64,000 bases of DNA from Candidatus Gottesmanbacteria bacterium UBA6580. GTDB lineage: Bacteria; Patescibacteriota; Microgenomatia; UBA10105; UBA927. The stretch lies in contig DJJA01000003.1 in assembly GCA_002433895.1 (NCBI GenBank), positions 288,486 to 352,485 of the forward strand, written 5' to 3'. The notes under the pieces were generated by a model. It made no database searches. It was not told the DNA's origin and worked only from the letters and a program-made list of their open reading frames with translations. Numbering within the stretch: position 1 is the first letter of the stretch; each line of letters begins with the position of its first letter. Position numbers and translations under genes: made by a program. Positions 58,567 to 64,000 of this stretch are shown here, piece after piece.

Positions 58567-58592
58567 ACGACCTCAACCGAGGTCGTTTTTTT
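58567..58592 (+). terminator. Terminator-like hairpin ACGACCTC-AACC-GAGGTCGT plus T7 inside the rpsJ-rplC spacer, 13 nt upstream of the rplC start
   Basis: read directly; TATACT at about 58477 could act as an internal promoter, making this an attenuator. Confidence 0.5.
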
Positions 58593-58605
58593 GTGGGGAA
58601 TGACC

Positions 58606-59241
58606 ATGATTACATCATTACTCGGTAAAAAATTAGGACAATCGCAAACTTTTGATGAAAAAGGGATGCGAATTCCTGTCACGCAAATTTTGGCCGGTCC
58701 GAACTGGATTACCGAAGTCGAAGATAAAGAAAGCTTCAAAAGCATCCAACTTGGATTTGGCACCATCAAAAACCTTAGCAAAGCAGAAATTGGACACTTA
58801 AAGAAAGCGGGGCTCGAAGAAAAGCTCCGCTTTTTACGTAGTTTTACCGTTTCCGAGATTGCGGAAAACGAAAAACCAGGGACGCAAATTGCCGCCGATG
58901 CGGTATTTGCTGCCGGCGATGTCATACGGATTACGGGAACCAGTAAAGGAAAAGGATTTGCGGGAGTGGTCAAGCGCCATGGGTTCCGCGGCGGCCCCCG
59001 GACACACGGTCAATCAGACCGCGAGCGCGCGCCGGGTTCAATCGGACAAACCACGACACCAGGCCGTGTTTATAAAGGAAAGCGCATGGCAGGCCGCATG
59101 GGTAGCGATACCGTCACTATCCGAAATCTGAAAGTTATCGCCGTCGATCCCGCCACACAAATAGTAACAATCAAAGGATTAGTACCAGGAGCCATAAACG
59201 GGCTCCTTATTATTTCTAAAGAAAAAGCAAAAAAGGCATAA
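58606..59241 (+). CDS. rplC: 50S ribosomal protein L3
   Basis: L3 family similarity; ORF from TTG 58591. Confidence 0.93.
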   Translation: MITSLLGKKLGQSQTFDEKGMRIPVTQILAGPNWITEVEDKESFKSIQLGFGTIKNLSKAEIGHLKKAGLEEKLRFLRSFTVSEIAENEKPGTQIAADAVFAAGDVIRITGTSKGKGFAGVVKRHGFRGGPRTHGQSDRERAPGSIGQTTTPGRVYKGKRMAGRMGSDTVTIRNLKVIAVDPATQIVTIKGLVPGAINGLLIISKEKAKKA

Positions 59242-59244
59242 CCT

Positions 59245-59949
59245 ATGGCAACGAAAACCGTAAAACCAGTTAAAAAAGCAGCACCCAAAAAGGAAGCTCC
59301 GAAAGAAAAAGCAGCGGTATCCGCCGGTCTTTCCGCAACGGTGTTTGCGGTAGACGGCAAAGCGAGCGGTAAAGTAGCGTTGCCCACTGAGCTTTTTGGC
59401 GCGAAAGTAAACGAAGCACTCTTGTCACAGTCCGTCCGGGTGTATTTGGCAAATCAGCGCCAGGGTGGCGCAAAGGCCAAAACCCGCGGCGAGGTCGAAG
59501 GTTCGTCCCGGAAAATTTATCGCCAGAAGGGCACCGGAAAAGCACGCCATGGTTCGATCCGCGCGCATATTTTTGTCGGTGGAGGAGTAGTGTTTGGACC
59601 GGTAACCCGGGATTTTCATTTGAAGATGAGTAAATCCATGAGGCGTTTGGCACTTATATCTGCGTTAAGCGCGAAACATCAAGATGTCGTTATTGTAGAC
59701 GGTTTGGAAACAGTGGCACCTAAAACCAAGCAGGTTGCCGCAGCACTTACTGCCGCGGGAGCGACGGAAAAAGTATTGTTGGTAGTGCCGAAAGATACGC
59801 CATTACTCGCCCGCGCCGCACGTAACATCCATGAGCTTGATATTGTCTCATCGAAAGATTTGCATACATACGCGATATTAACGCATAAAAAGATCGTATT
59901 TACCAAAAAATCATTAGAAGAAAGCAAGGCGCATTTTAGCGTTTCATAA
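59245..59949 (+). CDS. rplD: 50S ribosomal protein L4 (with a Lys/Ala-rich N-terminal extension)
   Basis: L4 family similarity. Confidence 0.93.
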   Translation: MATKTVKPVKKAAPKKEAPKEKAAVSAGLSATVFAVDGKASGKVALPTELFGAKVNEALLSQSVRVYLANQRQGGAKAKTRGEVEGSSRKIYRQKGTGKARHGSIRAHIFVGGGVVFGPVTRDFHLKMSKSMRRLALISALSAKHQDVVIVDGLETVAPKTKQVAAALTAAGATEKVLLVVPKDTPLLARAARNIHELDIVSSKDLHTYAILTHKKIVFTKKSLEESKAHFSVS

Positions 59950-59950
59950 T

Positions 59951-60244
59951 ATGAAGCAGACACGTCCGGTTATCACTGAAAAATCGATGACACTCGCCCG
60001 AAACGGCTGGTATTCGTTTGCTGTGGCTGCATTTAGCCGCAAAGAAAATATTGCCAAGGAAATAAGCGACCTTTACAATGTCACGGTCAAAGAAGTGAGA
60101 ACAATCCGCAGAAAAGGAAAAATGCACCGGACAGGACGCAAAATGATTATGAAACAGCGGGCAGACTGGAAAAAAGCAATGGTCCGTCTTGCGAAGGGTC
60201 AGAAGATCGCGATATTTGATATCGGTGAAGAAACGGCAAAATAA
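59951..60244 (+). CDS. rplW: 50S ribosomal protein L23
   Basis: L23 family similarity. Confidence 0.9.
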   Translation: MKQTRPVITEKSMTLARNGWYSFAVAAFSRKENIAKEISDLYNVTVKEVRTIRRKGKMHRTGRKMIMKQRADWKKAMVRLAKGQKIAIFDIGEETAK

Positions 60245-60252
60245 TACAATTT

Positions 60253-61008
60253 ATGAAAAAAGCGTTTGTACAATCGTTAATAGAGATATTACCCAAAAAT
60301 TCCGGTAGGGATGTATTTGGTCATGTGTCCGTGCGTCATCAGGGCGGCAGACATAAGCGGATGTACCGGCATGTTGACTGGAAACGGGACAAAGACGGGG
60401 TGACAGCCAAGGTAGCAGAGATTAGCTATGATCCGAACAGATCAGCCGATGTGGCACTTTTGGTCTACCAAGATGGCGACAAACGGTATATACTTGCACC
60501 CTTGGGTCTCAAGGTAAACGATACGGTTGTTTCCGGCGCGAATATTGACGCGAAGGTCGGCAACAGTCTTCCGTTGGGAAGCATCCCAGTGGGAACGCTT
60601 ATTCACAACCTGGAAATTAAACCCGGCCGCGGTGGCCAGATGGTGCGGTCAGCAGGCAATGCGGCAGTCGTACTGGCAAAAGACGGCGAATTGATCCAGG
60701 TAAAATTACCCAGTGGTGAAACCCGGGTGTTTGATGCCCGATGTAAAGCAACTGTCGGTCAGGTCGGTAACGAAGAATGGAAAAATAGAGTCATTGGAAA
60801 AGCGGGAAGAAGCAGGCATATGGGGCGCCGCCCGGCAGTCCGGGGAGTAGCGATGAACCCGCGAAGCCATCCGCACGGCGGAGGAGAAGGTAAAAGCGGT
60901 ATTGGTATGAAATCGCCGAAGAGCCCATGGGGTAAGCGGACACTTGGTAAGAAAACAAGAAAACTGAGAAAATACAGTGATAGGTCTATCGTTGGTCGGA
61001 GGAAATAA
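60253..61008 (+). CDS. rplB: 50S ribosomal protein L2 (N-terminally shortened)
   Basis: GRN..G.IT.RH.GGGHKR, C-terminal HPHGGGEGK. Confidence 0.95.
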   Translation: MKKAFVQSLIEILPKNSGRDVFGHVSVRHQGGRHKRMYRHVDWKRDKDGVTAKVAEISYDPNRSADVALLVYQDGDKRYILAPLGLKVNDTVVSGANIDAKVGNSLPLGSIPVGTLIHNLEIKPGRGGQMVRSAGNAAVVLAKDGELIQVKLPSGETRVFDARCKATVGQVGNEEWKNRVIGKAGRSRHMGRRPAVRGVAMNPRSHPHGGGEGKSGIGMKSPKSPWGKRTLGKKTRKLRKYSDRSIVGRRK

Positions 61009-61010
61009 TT

Positions 61011-61295
61011 ATGGCACGTAGCAATAAAAAAGGTCCTTATATTGATCCACGCGTCTTAGCAAAAATAAACAAGCAAAAGGCGGGCGGAGACCGTACACCG
61101 ATAAAAACATGGTCCAGGGCATGTGAAATCAGCCCTGAATTTGTCGGACACACGTTTGCAGTACATAACGGCCGGGTGTTCACGGAAGTTTTTGTAACTG
61201 AAGCAATGGTTGGTCACCGTCTTGGTGAATTTTCACCGACCCGGACGTTCCGAGGACACGGACAGGTGACAAAGCGGGTATTAGACAAGACATAA
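61011..61295 (+). CDS. rpsS: 30S ribosomal protein S19
   Basis: S19 family similarity. Confidence 0.95.
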   Translation: MARSNKKGPYIDPRVLAKINKQKAGGDRTPIKTWSRACEISPEFVGHTFAVHNGRVFTEVFVTEAMVGHRLGEFSPTRTFRGHGQVTKRVLDKT

Positions 61296-61302
61296 TATTT
61301 AT

Positions 61303-61653
61303 ATGGAATACACGGCGACAGCAAAATATGTGAGAACAAGTCCGCGCAAAGTGCGGCTGGTCGCCCGTGCGATTGCAGGAAAAAAAGTAGTATCGGCAAT
61401 TGCAGCATTAGGGATGATCCCGAAGCACGCGGCAGAGCCGGTGCGCAAAGTGCTTGAGTCAGCAGTTGCCAACGCAAGCCAGAAAAAAGCAGCGATTGAC
61501 ACACTGATGGTTGCCGCCATCGATGTTATGGGCGGACCGGTGCTGAAGCGATGGCACGCGGTGAGCAGAGGTTCTGCACACGGATTCAAAAAACGGATGA
61601 CACATGTGAAAGTAACGTTGAAAGAGGAGGAAGCTAAAACAGTTAACAAGTAA
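61303..61653 (+). CDS. rplV: 50S ribosomal protein L22
   Basis: L22 family similarity. Confidence 0.93.
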   Translation: MEYTATAKYVRTSPRKVRLVARAIAGKKVVSAIAALGMIPKHAAEPVRKVLESAVANASQKKAAIDTLMVAAIDVMGGPVLKRWHAVSRGSAHGFKKRMTHVKVTLKEEEAKTVNK

Positions 61654-61680
61654 ATAGTTAATTGTTCATAGTTAAATAAT

Positions 61681-62358
61681 ATGGGACAAAAAATACATCC
61701 ATACGGATTTCGGTTAGGACCACTTTACACTTGGACATCACGGTGGTTTGCTAACGACGCGCGGTACGCAGACATACTGCTTCAGGACGTATTACTCCGT
61801 GAAGCGCTGACGAAACGCCTGAAGCCGTCAGGGTTGGCATTGGTGGAAATCGAACGGTCTATTAACAAACTGCGGGTAATACTGCACGTTTCACGTCCGG
61901 GATTGGTTATCGGCAGAGGTGGAACGGGACTCGAGGAAATCAAAAAGTTTGTGGAAATGACGCTCCGCGCTATTGCCCACAAAAGAAAATTAGGTAAAAC
62001 CGCGTTTGATCAGACAAAAACAAAAGTTGAAGTGGTGGTAGAGCCGGTCAAGGAACCGAATTTGAGCGCGCAGATTGTAGCAACAAATATCGGTGACCAG
62101 TTGGTAAAGCGCATGCCGCACAAACGGGTCTGCATGCAGACGCTCGACCGCGTCATGACGTCAGGAGCAAAAGGTGTAAAAATCAAGCTTTCAGGACGTA
62201 TTGCGGGAGCAGAAATTTCACGCCGTGAGACATATAAGACAGGCTCTATTCCGCTTTCCACGTTGCGGGAAGATGTGGAATACGCAGAAGTGCCGGCACT
62301 TACGAAATCTGGATATATCGGAGTAAAAGTGTGGATATGCAAAAAAAGTAACAATTAA
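61681..62358 (+). CDS. rpsC: 30S ribosomal protein S3
   Basis: KH domain, S3 C-terminal domain. Confidence 0.95.
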   Translation: MGQKIHPYGFRLGPLYTWTSRWFANDARYADILLQDVLLREALTKRLKPSGLALVEIERSINKLRVILHVSRPGLVIGRGGTGLEEIKKFVEMTLRAIAHKRKLGKTAFDQTKTKVEVVVEPVKEPNLSAQIVATNIGDQLVKRMPHKRVCMQTLDRVMTSGAKGVKIKLSGRIAGAEISRRETYKTGSIPLSTLREDVEYAEVPALTKSGYIGVKVWICKKSNN

Positions 62359-62403
62359 CATTTGACTGTTAACAGTTAACTGTCAGTTGTTAAACGTAAG
62401 ATT

Positions 62404-62820
62404 ATGTTAGCGCCAAAACGAGCAAAACACCGGAAAGTATTTAGAGGAAAAATGAGGGGTCTATCCTTCAAGGGTAGCGCGTTGTCTTTCGGTGAATTCG
62501 GATTGAAGGCGATGGAAGCAGGATGGGTGTCTAGCCGTCAGATAGAAGCAGCACGACGGGCACTTACCCACCATATCCGACGCGGAGGACGCGTGTGGAT
62601 ACGGATATTTCCGGACAAGCCGATTACGAAGAAACCGCCGGAAACACGTATGGGAAGCGGAAAAGGCGATGTGGCAGAATACGTGTGTGTCGTGCGTCCG
62701 GGAAGAGTGCTTTTTGAGATGGCTGGTGTCGACCGCGCATTAGCAGCAGAGGCCATGAGATTGGCAGGAATTAAATTGCCGATTAAATCGAAATTTGTGA
62801 CGAGGGAGAAGCTTGTATGA
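62404..62820 (+). CDS. rplP: 50S ribosomal protein L16
   Basis: L16 family similarity. Confidence 0.95.
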   Translation: MLAPKRAKHRKVFRGKMRGLSFKGSALSFGEFGLKAMEAGWVSSRQIEAARRALTHHIRRGGRVWIRIFPDKPITKKPPETRMGSGKGDVAEYVCVVRPGRVLFEMAGVDRALAAEAMRLAGIKLPIKSKFVTREKLV

Positions 62821-63026
62821 AAAGAAAAGATAAAGATGAAATGCACGGGATGAAATCCGCAGAGCTGGTTAAAAAAGCAGCGGAACTCAAAAAGCTTATC
62901 GCAGCTGAGCGGTTGAATATGATGACAAAAGAAGTGAAAAACAGGCATCTTGCGAAAGAATTACGCCGGAAAAGAGCCGTTGCATTGTCTATATTGCAGA
63001 TGAAAGTATTGTCTGAGACTAAATAA
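62817..63026 (+). CDS. rpmC: 50S ribosomal protein L29
   Basis: L29 family similarity; 4-bp overlap with rplP. Confidence 0.85.
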   Translation: MKRKDKDEMHGMKSAELVKKAAELKKLIAAERLNMMTKEVKNRHLAKELRRKRAVALSILQMKVLSETK

Positions 63027-63033
63027 GGAGACT

Positions 63034-63276
63034 ATGAAAAAACAGAAAGAATTTATCGGTATTGTTATTTCGACCAGCATGACCAACACGGTTGTCGTCA
63101 GTGTCGAGCGGCTGACCCGTCATCCGATGTACCGGAAGGCAGTCAAAAGCACCAAACACTTTGTCGCCCACGTGGAAGGAATTGAATTAGCGGTCGGCGA
63201 CTGGGTACGGATCGGTGAAACCAGACCAATCAGCAAAACAAAACACTTTATAGTATTGGGTAAAACAACAAAATAA
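63034..63276 (+). CDS. rpsQ: 30S ribosomal protein S17
   Basis: S17 family similarity. Confidence 0.9.
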   Translation: MKKQKEFIGIVISTSMTNTVVVSVERLTRHPMYRKAVKSTKHFVAHVEGIELAVGDWVRIGETRPISKTKHFIVLGKTTK

Positions 63277-63277
63277 C

Positions 63278-63652
63278 ATGGTACAACGCAGAACACATAT
63301 TACAGTAGCAGACAACTCAGGAGCCCAGGAGCTTGTGGTAGTCCATATCTATGGCGCCTGGAAAAAGATGACGGCAACGATCGGTGATGTTGTACAGTGT
63401 GTGGTTAAAAAAGCTGATCCGTTGGGAATTGTCAAAGATGATGAGCTGGTAAGTGTTGTTATTGTACGCACAAGAAAAGAGTACCGCAGAGCGGACGGGT
63501 CATATATCCGGTTTGATGACAACGCGGGTGTCGTTATCGACAACGCTACGGACAAAAATCCGCGCGGAACCCGGGTATTCGGGCCGATAGCACGCGAACT
63601 GAAAGAAAAGGGATTCGATAAAATCGCAAGTTTAGCAGTTGAAGTATTTTAA
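63278..63652 (+). CDS. rplN: 50S ribosomal protein L14
   Basis: VADNSGA...IGDV, RFD.NA.V. Confidence 0.93.
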   Translation: MVQRRTHITVADNSGAQELVVVHIYGAWKKMTATIGDVVQCVVKKADPLGIVKDDELVSVVIVRTRKEYRRADGSYIRFDDNAGVVIDNATDKNPRGTRVFGPIARELKEKGFDKIASLAVEVF

Positions 63653-63653
63653 T

Positions 63654-63959
63654 ATGAAATTCAAAAAAGGTGACACCATCGTTGTGACAATCGGCAAAGA
63701 CAAAGGCCGCAAAGGGAAAATTGAAAAAGTATTCCCGGAAAGCGCGAGCATCAAAGTAGCGGGGATAAATGTGTCAAAGCGCCATATGAAAAAGAGGGAT
63801 GAAAAAAATCCCGGTGGCATTGTAGACATCATCAAGCCCATCGATGTATCGAAAGTCGCGCTGGTGTGCCCGGCATGCAGTAAGCCGACGCGGATCGGGA
63901 TAATCGTTTCTAAGAATGAGAAGACACGGGTATGTAGGAAATGTGGAAAGAAAATATAA
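63654..63959 (+). CDS. rplX: 50S ribosomal protein L24 with a C-terminal Cys4 (CPAC...CRKC) zinc-ribbon variant
   Basis: KOW motif KKGDTIVVTIGKDKGRKGKI; C-terminal CPACSKPTRIGIIVSKNEKTRVCRKCG. Confidence 0.9.
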   Translation: MKFKKGDTIVVTIGKDKGRKGKIEKVFPESASIKVAGINVSKRHMKKRDEKNPGGIVDIIKPIDVSKVALVCPACSKPTRIGIIVSKNEKTRVCRKCGKKI

Positions 63960-64000
63960 CTATGAACCAACTACACAAAACATATAAAGAAACTTTAGTG

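Noticed and set aside
1-64000. Searched for CRISPR arrays, rRNA, tmRNA and integrase or transposase genes
   Set aside because: There are no regularly spaced direct repeats, no long non-coding stretches, and no recombinase-like ORFs. The Cas4-like nuclease stands alone.

Overview
This 64 kb window looks like a single contiguous bacterial chromosome segment of about 50% GC with tightly packed genes and short intergenic spacers. Several features suggest a reduced-genome, Gram-positive-like or CPR/Patescibacteria-type organism: shortened ribosomal proteins and a short rpoB, a sortase, PKD-domain and Thr/Pro-rich surface proteins, a thymidine/AMP phosphorylase family enzyme, and many membrane-anchored secreted proteins. 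This assignment is inference. The standard genetic code fits, because long uninterrupted ORFs are present. The main contents follow. (1) 1-26.5 kb: housekeeping and envelope genes, including RNase J (5-prime partial), FtsK, RodZ-like, four EamA/DMT transporters, CutA, AlaRS, sortase, MltG, DUF2207, CapA and Bcp. (2) 26.55-29.63 kb: a sharply AT-rich island with a complete DpnII/MboI/LlaDCHI-like Type II restriction-modification system, made of a PD-(D/E)xK endonuclease, a Dam/DpnM-like alpha-class N6A methyltransferase and a DpnA/M.HinfI-like beta-class methyltransferase. (3) 29.9-39.1 kb: a beta-CASP MBL nuclease, HflX, a triple zinc-ribbon protein, DUF4112, a metallophosphoesterase, cyclophilin, UDG family 4 adjacent to a Cas4-like 4Fe-4S PD-(D/E)xK nuclease, and TspO. 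(4) 39.3-47.3 kb: rpoB-rpoC-rpsL-rpsG. (5) 47.3-54.7 kb: a roughly 7.4 kb accessory block inserted between rpsG and fusA. It carries AlkA, a PQQ sugar dehydrogenase, a CcdA-thioredoxin fusion, a secreted thioredoxin, a DUF2178/XRE pair, a MerR-TipAS regulator and unknown ORFs, and ends in an intrinsic terminator. (6) 54.7-64 kb: fusA-tuf and the S10/spc ribosomal cluster rpsJ through rplX. A recurring promoter architecture is visible, with -10 hexamers 5-9 nt upstream of start codons and no Shine-Dalgarno sequence, which suggests frequent leaderless mRNAs. I found no rRNA, tRNA or CRISPR array.
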